From an uncultured delta proteobacterium (GTDB lineage: Bacteria > Desulfobacterota > Binatia > Binatales > Binataceae): a stretch of 64,000 nucleotides of DNA. Both the position numbers and the translations under genes were made by a program. Position 1 is the stretch's first letter; every line of letters starts with the position of its first letter. Positions 1-7,529 of the stretch are shown piece by piece. The stretch lies in contig CAWFGH010000011.1 of the NCBI GenBank assembly GCA_963815255.1, forward strand, positions 1,002 through 65,001. Direction: 5' to 3'. The notes under the pieces were generated by a model. That model was not told the origin of the DNA. It saw only the letters and a program-made list of their open reading frames with translations, and did no database searches.

Positions 1-842
1 CGCAGGTCGATCACCGGCGACTTCTCCCGGAGTTCCCAAATGACCAGCGCCACAAACGAGATGAGCGCGATCACCGATAGCGTGACGATGAAGTGAGAAG
101 CAAACCAGTCGTCCTCCTGACCTTTGTCGAGCACCACCTGCAGACAGCCGATGCCGAGCGCGATCAGACCGATTCCGATGTAGTCGATGTAAGGCCGATG
201 ATGTGAGCGGCGCTGTTGCTCCAATTGCTCTGTAAGATACTCCGGATCCTTGACGAAATGGTTGGTAAGGAACAGGGACATGATTCCGATCGGCACGTTG
301 ATGTAGAAGATCCAGCGCCAACTGTAGTTATCGGTTATCCAGCCGCCGAGCGTGGGTCCGATCGAGGGCGCCAATACCACAGCCATCCCGTAGATGGCGA
401 AGGCCATTCCCAGCCTTGCGGGTGGAAAGGTGTCGGCGAGGATCGCCTGTTCGCTGGGCTGCAGGCCGCCGCCGCCCGCGCCCTGCAAGACGCGGAATAA
501 GATCAGCGTTCCGAGGCTCGGCGCCAACCCGCACAGAAATGAGCTCACCGTGAAGAGCGCCACGCAGGTCATATAGAAGCGCTTGCGCCCCATAACTTCG
601 GACGCCCACGCGCCAAGGGGAATGATGATGCCGTTGGAGACCAGATAGGAGGTCAGTATCCAGGTGGCTTCATCGGCGGTAGCCGACAAGTTGCCGGCAA
701 TATGCGGCAGCGCGACATTGGCGATGCTGCTGTCGAGCGCCTCCATGAAGGTGGCGATCGTTACGGTAAATGCGATCGGCCAGGGATTGAGCGCATACTT
801 GCGGGCCGGCACGGGCTGGCCCTCGGCTGGAGCCGCGCTCAC
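1..842 (-). CDS. DHA2-family (EmrB/QacA-type) MFS efflux permease, N-terminal part; the gene continues past the left window edge
   Basis: Own translation of the minus strand from GTG(842): VSAAPAEGQPVPARKYALNPWPIAFTVTIATFMEALDSSIANVALPHIAGNLSATADEATWILTSYLVSNG...FRVLQGAGGGGLQPSEQAIL...GWITDNYSWRWIFYINVPIG. This is a typical DHA2 N-terminus. The start overlaps the stop of the HlyD gene (GTGA). It is absent from the ORF track only because it has no stop inside the window. Confidence 0.88.
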   Translation of the reverse strand, partial: MSAAPAEGQPVPARKYALNPWPIAFTVTIATFMEALDSSIANVALPHIAGNLSATADEATWILTSYLVSNGIIIPLGAWASEVMGRKRFYMTCVALFTVSSFLCGLAPSLGTLILFRVLQGAGGGGLQPSEQAILADTFPPARLGMAFAIYGMAVVLAPSIGPTLGGWITDNYSWRWIFYINVPIGIMSLFLTNHFVKDPEYLTEQLEQQRRSHHRPYIDYIGIGLIALGIGCLQVVLDKGQEDDWFASHFIVTLSVIALISFVALVIWELREKSPVIDL

Positions 843-1984
843 TTGAGCCACACCGTGGGCTCGACCGACATGCCCGGTACCAGACGATGGTTGATATTCT
901 GGCCTGGTGCGAGATCGATGCGAACTGGAATCCGCTGCACCACTTTGACGTAATTGCCGGTCGCGTTTTCGGGCGGGAGCAGGCTGAAGCGTTCGCCCGA
1001 AGCTGAGCCCAAGCCATCCACATGCCCTTTGAAAGTGCGGCCCAGAGCATCGACGTGGATGTCTACCGGTTGGCCTGGCCGCATCCGGCGCAGCTGGTTT
1101 TCCTTGAAATTGGCGGTGACCCAGACATCGTCGAGCGGCACCACTGCCAGGAGTGATTCGCCGGGCTGCACGCGCTGCCCCGGCTCGACGCTTTTCTTGC
1201 CGATCACCCCACTCATCGGTGCGGTGATCTTGGTGTAACCGTAATTGAGCAAGGCCTGATCGAGCTCGGCCTGAGCCATCGCAACTGCCGCTTCGCGGGA
1301 ACCAATGTTCTTCAGCGCCGCGTTGGCGCCGGCTCGATCGGCATCGACCGTCGCCCGCGCCACCTTCGCGATACGCAAGCTCTCCTGGTAGTCCTCTCGC
1401 CGGGCGGCGCCTTGGGCCGCAAGGATAGCCAGTCGAGGCACATCATATTCAGCCTTTGCTCTGGTCGCTTCGTCCTGACTGACTTTGTTGAGCGCTGTTT
1501 GGTAGTCCGCGTTAGCCGATTCCACCTGCGCTTTGGTCTGAGCCAGCCTGGCGCGAGCACCTTCGACCGCGACTACGTAGTCGTCTGGGTCGATTTCAGC
1601 AAGAAGCTGTCCTGCGTGGACCGGCTGAGTATCGATAACATAGACGTGTGCGATGGTACCGTTGATTCGGGAGCTGACCGCGATGATATGTCCGTCGACC
1701 TGCGCATCGTCGGTGTCTTCATAAGAGGACAGATAGCTCCACCCTGGAACCGCGGCCGCCGCCCCGACGAAGAGGAGCAAGATCACTAAAATGAGATTTC
1801 GGCGGCGACGAGATCGTGACGATGAGGATGTTTCTATTTCTGGCGCTGCTGGACGATCAGTGCTATCGCGATCCGCAATGCCAGGCTGGCGGTCGTCTCC
1901 GTTGTGGAGCGGTTCGACGGGGCCGTCACGATCCTGGTTCCGATTCGGCGTCTCACCAGGCGCTGAAGGAGATTCGCTGCTCAA
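839..1984 (-). CDS. HlyD-family membrane-fusion (periplasmic adaptor) protein, EmrA-like
   Basis: ORF 839..2146. Single N-terminal TM (LILVILLLFVGAAAAV), YEDTDDAQVDGHIIAVSSRINGTI lipoyl-like motif, long coiled coil, C-terminal beta-barrel region. Start set to TTG 1984 because GGAGG lies 8 nt upstream and this avoids a 130-nt overlap with the OMF gene. TTG 2146 is the longest alternative. Confidence 0.85.
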   Translation of the reverse strand: MSSESPSAPGETPNRNQDRDGPVEPLHNGDDRQPGIADRDSTDRPAAPEIETSSSSRSRRRRNLILVILLLFVGAAAAVPGWSYLSSYEDTDDAQVDGHIIAVSSRINGTIAHVYVIDTQPVHAGQLLAEIDPDDYVVAVEGARARLAQTKAQVESANADYQTALNKVSQDEATRAKAEYDVPRLAILAAQGAARREDYQESLRIAKVARATVDADRAGANAALKNIGSREAAVAMAQAELDQALLNYGYTKITAPMSGVIGKKSVEPGQRVQPGESLLAVVPLDDVWVTANFKENQLRRMRPGQPVDIHVDALGRTFKGHVDGLGSASGERFSLLPPENATGNYVKVVQRIPVRIDLAPGQNINHRLVPGMSVEPTVWLK

Positions 1985-2016
1985 GTTACATACCTCCGGC
2001 GTGACACTTTTGCCGG

Positions 2017-3819
2017 TCAGACTTTTGGCTGATTGGGTCGACTGAGTCGGCCGTTCAAGCCGCTCGATGATGTGCTCGGCGACGCCTGCCCGCGCGCCGT
2101 TGGAACCGGCTCCAAAGCCGGGCGGAGTTGCGCGTCGATGTCCCAACCGCCGCCGAGCGCTTTGTAGATAGCGATCAAATAATCGATCAGTTGCTGATCG
2201 CTCTGCGCCAGTGCGTCCTGCGCCGCGTAGAGCGAGCGCTGCGCCTCAAGGACGTCTAGATAATTGGCATAGCCCTCCTCGTAGCGTTCGCGCGCGAGCA
2301 TTTCGGAGCGCTTGAAGTCCTGCGCGGAATCCGCCAGCGCCCTGTGCCTCGTTCGCTCCTTGGCATAGCCGACAAGCGCGTCTTCGACCTCGGCGAGCGC
2401 GTTCAGGACGGTCTTTTGATAAATGAGCAGCGCCTGTTCCTCCTGGGCGTTACGCGCCTCGATATAGGCCCGAATCCGGCCGCCCTCGAAGATTGGCCAG
2501 CGCATCGTTGGACCGACCGTCCACATCCGGCTTGCTCCGGCAAAAAAATCGCTGGTGCTGATCGATTCGAGCCCGGCCGCGCCAGTGATGTAAAACTTGG
2601 GATACAGGTCTGCCGTCGCTACGCCGACGCGCGCCGTGGCCGCCGCAACCTCGCGCTCGGCGCCGCGAATATCGGGACGGCGCCGGAGAAGATCCGAAGG
2701 CAGGCCGGCGGGAATCCGCACGGCGATCGCGCCGGGATCCGCGATACCCGGAATCGGCGCCATATCTGAGAGCCGCGCGTTGAGTGCGTCGGGCTCGCGA
2801 CCAAGCAACACGCTGATGCGATGGTCGGTTTGCGCAAGCTCGCTCTCGAGTTCCGGCACCTGCGCCTGCGTAGTCTCCAACAGAGATCTCGCCTGTATGA
2901 CGTCGAGTTCCGGCGCAAAGCCCATCCGGAATCGCGCTTGGGTCAGTCCCAGCGAATCGTTTTCATCGCGCACGTTTTCTCTGGTGATCAGGAGCCGGCG
3001 TTGGAGCGTCCGGACGGCAACGTAGTCGCGTGCGGCCTCGGCCAGCAGCGTTACCCGTACGTCGCGGGCGTTCTCGATCGACGCGGCAAGCTCGGCCTGC
3101 GAGGCTTCCACTCCACGCCGGAGGCCGCCGAAGACGTCCAGTTCCCAACTCGCGTCGAAGCCGGCTTCATACATGTCCTCTTCTCTTGGAATGGCCTGGG
3201 GAAACTCCCCGAAGGGTGTGTTGGCGCTGTACCGCTGACGAGTGTACGAACCATCCAAACCGATACTCGGGAGGAGCGCGCCGCGGCTCGATGCGAGGTA
3301 AGCGCGCTCTTCGCGAATCCGGGCAATTGCTATTTTTTCGTCGAGGTTGGAGGCGAGCGCCTGCTCGACTATCTCGTTGAGAGCGGAATCGTCGAAGGAT
3401 TGCCACCATTGCGCGAGATCGCTTTTGGCACCTTGGCCGGCTCCCACTTCGGACTTCTCATCGACGCCGCTCCACAGCGCCGGCAGCTTCATGAATGGAC
3501 GCTCGTAGTTGGGGCCGACCAGGCATCCCGTCGCCGTCACGCTCATGATTGCGGTCAGCGCGAGAATCAAGCCGCGTCGTGTACCTCTTGCCTTGCGAGA
3601 ACGTGCAGACCGGATGCCAGAATCGAAACAAAAGCCGGCGGCAATCCCGCCGTGCTGACCACATGTGACTCCGCGGGGGAAGGGAGTCGGCCGTCGGGCT
3701 CCTCGGGGGAAAGGAGTTGGCCTATGGGTCGACGACGGGATTGTGCCGGCAAATTTGGTTGCGTCATATCTCTGTCTCCGCACAGCGGGCCGCGCGGCGG
3801 ATGCAGCTCGTCCAGGCAT
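2017..3819 (-). CDS. Efflux transporter outer-membrane factor lipoprotein, NodT family
   Basis: ORF 2017..3996. Lipoprotein signal RRGLILALTAIMSVTATG|C followed by VGPNYERP, the two OEP repeats and ...AIYKALGGGW. Start is uncertain. ATG 3819 has an AAGGAA RBS but puts about 98 aa before the lipobox. TTG 3570 gives a short signal peptide without a charged n-region. Confidence 0.85.
   Translation of the reverse strand: MPGRAASAARPAVRRQRYDATKFAGTIPSSTHRPTPFPRGARRPTPFPRGVTCGQHGGIAAGFCFDSGIRSARSRKARGTRRGLILALTAIMSVTATGCLVGPNYERPFMKLPALWSGVDEKSEVGAGQGAKSDLAQWWQSFDDSALNEIVEQALASNLDEKIAIARIREERAYLASSRGALLPSIGLDGSYTRQRYSANTPFGEFPQAIPREEDMYEAGFDASWELDVFGGLRRGVEASQAELAASIENARDVRVTLLAEAARDYVAVRTLQRRLLITRENVRDENDSLGLTQARFRMGFAPELDVIQARSLLETTQAQVPELESELAQTDHRISVLLGREPDALNARLSDMAPIPGIADPGAIAVRIPAGLPSDLLRRRPDIRGAEREVAAATARVGVATADLYPKFYITGAAGLESISTSDFFAGASRMWTVGPTMRWPIFEGGRIRAYIEARNAQEEQALLIYQKTVLNALAEVEDALVGYAKERTRHRALADSAQDFKRSEMLARERYEEGYANYLDVLEAQRSLYAAQDALAQSDQQLIDYLIAIYKALGGGWDIDAQLRPALEPVPTARGQASPSTSSSGLNGRLSRPNQPKV
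3667..3730 (-). repeat. Tandem 30-nt direct repeat (3671-3700 / 3701-3730) forming twin stem-loops in the leader or 5' region of the OMF gene
   Basis: Units CCGCGGGGGAAGGGAGTCGGCCGTCGGGCT and CCTCGGGGGAAAGGAGTTGGCCTATGGGTC. Stems GACTCC/GGAGTC (3667-3672/3683-3688) and CTCCT/AGGAG (3699-3703/3712-3716). On the operon sense strand the loops carry a C5 run. Confidence 0.6.
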
Positions 3820-4007
3820 TTTCTCTTTCCTTATCGGCGGCATGCTGACCTGCGCCGATTTTCTGTCCGCCTCGCTGATCCAGGCTCCACGCAACCCGCG
3901 AGAAGACTTCTTCCGCAACGGTTCTCCGGATTTGGCTTGAAGATGGAAATCGCATGCTGCGGCTTTGGCGCGGTTGATGACAAAGTATATAGTCAAACAA
4001 AACCAGT

Positions 4008-4049
4008 ACCAGAGGCATTCTTTATACTGGTATAAAAAGTACCAACTTG
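4008..4049 (-). promoter_or_regulatory. Shared promoter/operator element, copy 1, in the divergent intergenic region between the efflux operon and the MmyB-like regulator
   Basis: The reverse strand reads CAAGTTGGTACTTTTTATACCAGTATAAAGAATGCCTCTGGT. The 26-nt core matches copy 2 at 23/26 positions. It contains the near-palindrome TTTATACTGGTATAAA, giving a TATAAA hexamer on both strands. It ends 11 nt before the regulator ATG. Confidence 0.6.
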
Positions 4050-4059
4050 AGGTTCAGCG

Positions 4060-4995
4060 ATGACCCACGACGAGATCAGACGGCACGAGTTGAGCGATTT
4101 TCTGCGCACCCGGCGGGCGCGCATCGCGCCCGCCGGCATCGGCTTTCCGGCGGCACATCGGCGGCGAACCCCCGGTTTGCGGCGCGAGGAAGTAGCTCAG
4201 TTGGCCGGGATGAGCGCGACCTGGTACACGTGGCTCGAGCAGCGACGTCCGATCAGCGTGTCTCGCGGAATGTTGGACAACCTGGCTCGTGTGTTACAGC
4301 TTAATCCCGTCGAGCGGATACAGTTGTTTCGGCTCGCGCGTCGCGAGCCTGCTATCGATTCCACGCCGCAGCGCGAAACGGTCAGCCCGCGGTTCCAGCG
4401 AATGCTCGATCAGTCGGACATCATGCCCTCATTTGTTATGGGGCGCCGATGGGACGTGCTCGGATGGAATCGCGCAGCTCGTGCCTTCTTCCTGGATTTC
4501 GAGCAAGTACCACCGGACGAACGGAATTTGGTTTGGCTCCTCTTCACCCACCCGGCGCTCCGCTCTTTGGTCGTCGAATGGTCGACACGAGCCCAGGACA
4601 CGCTCGCCAGGTTCCGTGCCGATTACGGCCGTTGTGCCGGCGACTCGCATTTTGTCCAGCTTGTGGACCGGCTGAACGCCGTCAGTCCGGAATTCGCCCA
4701 ATGGTGGCCGCGCCATGACGTACTGCCGATGAGCGAGGGCTGCGCGCAATACAATCATCCGCTGGTGGGACGCATGGTCGTCGATCACATGACGTTCTCG
4801 GTGGTCGATAATCCGGGATTAAGAGTCATTGCCTTGCTGCCCGAGGCAAGTTCGATAAAAAAGATGCGGAAAATTATCGCGGCTTTCCGCGGTGGCGCAG
4901 GAGCTCGTGGTGCATTGGCGGCGGCGAGCAGGGCGAAGCCCGCTCCGATGAGAACGAGAACCACCTCCTCCCTGCTGCCGACGACGAGCGGGTAA
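4060..4995 (+). CDS. MmyB-like transcriptional regulator (XRE-type HTH plus MmyB-like ligand-binding domain)
   Basis: N-terminus ELSDFLRTRRARIAPAGIGFPAAHRRRTPGLRREEVAQLAGMSATWYTWLEQRRPISVSRGMLDNLARVLQLNPVERIQLFRLAR is the hallmark MmyB-family HTH. GAGG lies 7 nt upstream of the ATG. The last ~40 aa are Arg/Ala/Thr-rich and overlap repeat copy A. Confidence 0.85.
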   Translation: MTHDEIRRHELSDFLRTRRARIAPAGIGFPAAHRRRTPGLRREEVAQLAGMSATWYTWLEQRRPISVSRGMLDNLARVLQLNPVERIQLFRLARREPAIDSTPQRETVSPRFQRMLDQSDIMPSFVMGRRWDVLGWNRAARAFFLDFEQVPPDERNLVWLLFTHPALRSLVVEWSTRAQDTLARFRADYGRCAGDSHFVQLVDRLNAVSPEFAQWWPRHDVLPMSEGCAQYNHPLVGRMVVDHMTFSVVDNPGLRVIALLPEASSIKKMRKIIAAFRGGAGARGALAAASRAKPAPMRTRTTSSLLPTTSG

Positions 4996-5423
4996 ACCTC
5001 AGAGCGACCTTACGTCGCAAGCCAGGGGCAAATCCAGTTCCCCTGTGATAGACATTCGGCATCTCGACACCACCAGAGTGGGTTTTTTCTATACGTTGTC
5101 GCGCGGCCGGTTGAGGCCGAAAACGGCGCTTCCAGATCGAGGGGCTTTAGGAGGCGTGCCGTGAAACCTCGCAAAACACTCATCGATTGTATCGGACCGG
5201 GTGGACGGGAGCCGGCGAAAAGCCAAACTCCACCGTCGAGGAGTTCAAGCCTGCCCGTGGACCGCTGGGCGTGATCGTCTCAGGTCGCCGGAGAATCCTA
5301 ACGGTCGTAAACTCAGTGCAAGTAGCTTCCATACTAGTATAAACAATGCCTCTAGTGTCGCGTTCGCTTCTGTATATATTCATGTTCATCGGTTGCCCCG
5401 ACATGCATTGGCCTGATGGGCAT
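4940..5423 (+). repeat. Segmental direct repeat, copy A (5' block 4940-5068, A-specific spacer 5069-5299, 3' block 5300-5423)
   Basis: By-eye alignment with 7212-7523. For example, GATGAGAACGAGAACCACCTCCTCCCTGCTGCCGACGACGAGCGGGTAAACCTCAGAGCGACCTTACGTCGC matches GATGAGAATGAGGACCACCTCCTCCCTGGTGCCGACGAGGAACGGTAAATCTCAGAGCGTCCTTACGTCGC. The 124-nt 3' blocks are colinear and end in ...GACATGCA(T/C)TGGCCTGA(T)GGGCAT. Confidence 0.8.
5318..5356 (+). promoter_or_regulatory. Shared promoter/operator element, copy 2, upstream of the DUF1329-like gene
   Basis: GCAAGTAGCTTCCATACTAGTATAAACAATGCCTCTAGT. Same orientation relative to its downstream gene as copies 1 and 3. It ends 118 nt upstream of ATG 5474. 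Confidence 0.6.
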
Positions 5424-5473
5424 TTGCGGATGAGCATGCGGGGACGCCGCATTCGCAAAGGAGGACCGAAGCC

Positions 5474-6857
5474 ATGCGTGTCATGAAATATTCCGACGGA
5501 TGGACCCGACGCCACTTCATGGAGCAAGCCGCAAGAGGCGTTCTAGCCGCGGGCGTGATTGCTCCCCTGTGGGAACGTGATCGGGCGAAATGGCTCGCTC
5601 GAGGCCGCCTACCCGCCCGAACTTCTCTCTATCGAGGCCTACACCAAAGGCAAGCTCAAGCCGGGGGACGTGCTAAGCGCCGAGAACGTCGACATCGTCA
5701 AAGACCTGCTCGACCCGGCCGCATATTGGCAAATCAAGCATGACGGACGTTTAGTGGACCTCGCGCCGACCGAGACCGACGTTACCAAGCTCACGCCGGT
5801 GCCCTATCTCCAAGCGACGCTGCGCAACCGCGGCAAGCACAAGATCTTCCCCGACGGCAATTGCTACACGCTCGATGGCAAGGATTGGATCGGCGGCAAC
5901 CCCTTCCCTGAGCCCAAGACGGCACAGGAAGTTCTGATGGGCAATACCTTGAGCTGGGGCAAGCACGATACGCAGGCTCACCCCATACTCGACTGGGACA
6001 CCGATGCCGATGGCAACGTCGACTATCAGTACGCCTCTTACTTGGTTGAATGGCAGACAGTCGGCCGCCTGGTCTTCGATCCCCATCCGTATATGCCGGG
6101 ACGCGAGAACCAGCTTCGCATTTTTGGCGGCATCGTGGTGGCCCCCGGAGACGTCAACGGCACCGGCACCCTGCAGGTCTGGAGTTATGACCAGCACCAG
6201 CTTCCCGGCTATTATGTCTACCAGCCGACCACCAAACGCGTACGCACCTATCCTGTCGATCAGCGTTTCGAGCCTCAATTCCCAGGCAACACGTTTTTCG
6301 CTACCGAGTACTGGATGGCGGGGGATCCTCTTTTGACGTGGAGCAATTTCAAACTGGTCGGCAAGGGCCCCGTGCTAACTTGCGCACACCACTGTGCCGA
6401 CCTCGACCAGCCGAACTGGATCCACAAGACCTGCGGCGGCAAGAGCGGTGTGAAGTACTGGCGCACGCGCATGGAGCTGGTGCCTGAGGCTTACGTGGTC
6501 GAGATGGAACCGACCATGTATCCTCGCGCGCCGATCGGCAAGAAAAGGATCTGGTACCACGCATCAACGCTATGCCCGCTCACCATGATCAGCTATGACC
6601 GTCAGGGCAAGATGTGGAAGCAGTGGGAAGGCGGCTTTGACTACTACGAGCGCAAGCCCGGGATGAAGTGGATAGAGGGAACGCCGGACCATTTCTGGAG
6701 CTGGACTCACGTGCACGCGCACGATCTGCAGAGCAACCGTATGTCGCGCTTCTACTATGCGCAGACGGTCCCAGGCGGTTACCACGCTACTGTCGACGAC
6801 GCTAGACTGTTTGGGGACCTCTGCTCGATGGAAGCGCTGGAACGCTTGGGCCGGTAG
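5474..6857 (+). CDS. DUF1329-like (LolA-like fold) envelope protein with a Tat-type signal peptide; interrupted by a +1 frameshift near 5571
   Basis: Frame 1 (5474-) encodes MRVMKYSDGWTRRHFMEQAARGVLAAGVIAPLW, with a twin-arginine motif and an h-region. The 432-aa body is ORF 5559..6857 (...SLEAAYPPELLSIEAYTKGKLKPGDVL...GGNPFPEPKTAQEV...). The body frame is closed by TGA at 5556-5558. Deleting one G of the GGG run 5571-5573 joins the two parts. The family call is from memory of DUF1329 features and the adjacent DUF1302-like gene. Confidence 0.6.
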
Positions 6858-6883
6858 TTCCCCGGCAGCGCAATTGTAACGCC

Positions 6884-6926
6884 ACCGCCGGCTCTGCTCA
6901 CGCAGCGCCGGCGGTTTTCCTTTTCC
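6884..6926 (+). terminator. Rho-independent terminator downstream of the DUF1329-like gene
   Basis: 9-bp GC stem ACCGCCGGC (6884-6892) / GCCGGCGGT (6907-6915), 14-nt loop, followed by TTTTCCTTTTCC. Confidence 0.7.
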
Positions 6927-6977
6927 AGCCCCTCCTTTGAGCGACACAGAAAGGTCGCGCACAGTACCCGATCCCGA

Positions 6978-7229
6978 TTCGGGAGCTCTCTTGCTGAGAT
7001 CGCTGCACGCGAGGGGCTCGCCGTGCGCTATTTGGGTCGCTTGTTCCGCTTGGCTTTCCTGGCGCCGGATATCGTTGAGGCCATTGTGGAGGGCCGGCAG
7101 CCGATCAGTCTTACTGCAGAAGCAGTTACGGCCGGCGCAGATACTCAGCTTCATGCGTGGGCTGCCGCGGTGCACGGTGGGGATGGAGGCCAGCGGCGGA
7201 GCGCAGTTGTGGCTCCTCCGCTCGGATGA
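6978..7229 (+). pseudogene. C-terminal fragment of a recombinase-family (serine recombinase/resolvase-type) protein; no catalytic domain present
   Basis: The frame of ORF 7023..7229, extended upstream, reads FGSSLAEIAAREGLAVRYLGRLFRLAFLAPDIVEAIVEGRQPISLTAEAVTAGADTQLHAW. The LRLAFLAPDIVEAI.EGRQP..LTAE..L motif is the conserved C-terminal HTH tail I recall from recombinase-family proteins. There is nothing recombinase-like upstream of it. Confidence 0.5.
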
Positions 7230-7523
7230 GAATGAGGACCACCTCCTCCCTGGTGCCGACGAGGAACGGTAAATCTCAGAGCGTCCTTACGTCGCGGGAA
7301 TAGATCCGACTCCCATCTGCTGAACATTCGGCACTTCGAGCGCCGTCGAGCAAATCACGCCACATTCGTACTGCCGGCCGTGGTGGTTTCGGTTCGTTCT
7401 CACGGTCGAAAGCTCTGTGCCAGTTAGTTTTAATACTAGGATAAAAAATCCTCTAGCGCCGCCTTCGCTTCTTTTGTATTCACGTTCATCGGTTGAGCCC
7501 GACATGCACTGGCCTGAGGGCAT
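7212..7523 (+). repeat. Segmental direct repeat, copy B (5' block 7212-7340, short spacer, 3' block 7400-7523)
   Basis: See copy A. Copy B lies directly after the recombinase fragment and runs into the start codon region of the DUF1302-like gene. Confidence 0.8.
7419..7457 (+). promoter_or_regulatory. Shared promoter/operator element, copy 3, upstream of the DUF1302-like gene
   Basis: GCCAGTTAGTTTTAATACTAGGATAAAAAATCCTCTAGC. The core matches copy 2 at 22/26 positions with one gap. It ends 73 nt upstream of ATG 7530. Confidence 0.55.
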
Positions 7524-7529
7524 CTACTG

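Noticed and set aside
2821-4035. 404-aa plus-strand ORF opposite the OMF gene and its leader.
   Set aside because: It is antisense to a clearly recognisable NodT-family gene, and its composition is low-complexity and Arg-rich.
4874-5062. A hydrophobic peptide (VVLVLIGAGFALLAAA...) encoded antisense to the regulator 3' end, within repeat block 1. It is partly conserved in copy B (VVLILI...).
   Set aside because: The only in-frame start is a GTG abutting its would-be Shine-Dalgarno with no spacing. Similarity to copy B stops where the DNA repeat stops, so the conservation is explained at the DNA level.
5409-5427. Possible sigma-54 promoter TGGCCTGATGGGCATTTGC in the duplicated leader.
   Set aside because: The GG-to-GC spacing is 16 nt instead of the required 12, and copy B lacks the TTGC element.
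6570-7272. ORFs 6570-7175(-) of 201 aa and 6937-7272(+) of 111 aa in the DUF1329-DUF1302 spacer.
   Set aside because: Neither has protein-like composition. The only interpretable frame here is the recombinase-tail fragment, and the region also contains a terminator and repeat copy B.
5180-7523. Minus-strand ORFs 5180-5527 and 7287-7523 that share a PSGQCMSG... peptide.
   Set aside because: The shared peptide is simply the translation of the duplicated 3' block DNA. Both ORFs run antisense through promoter and leader sequence and diverge outside the repeat.
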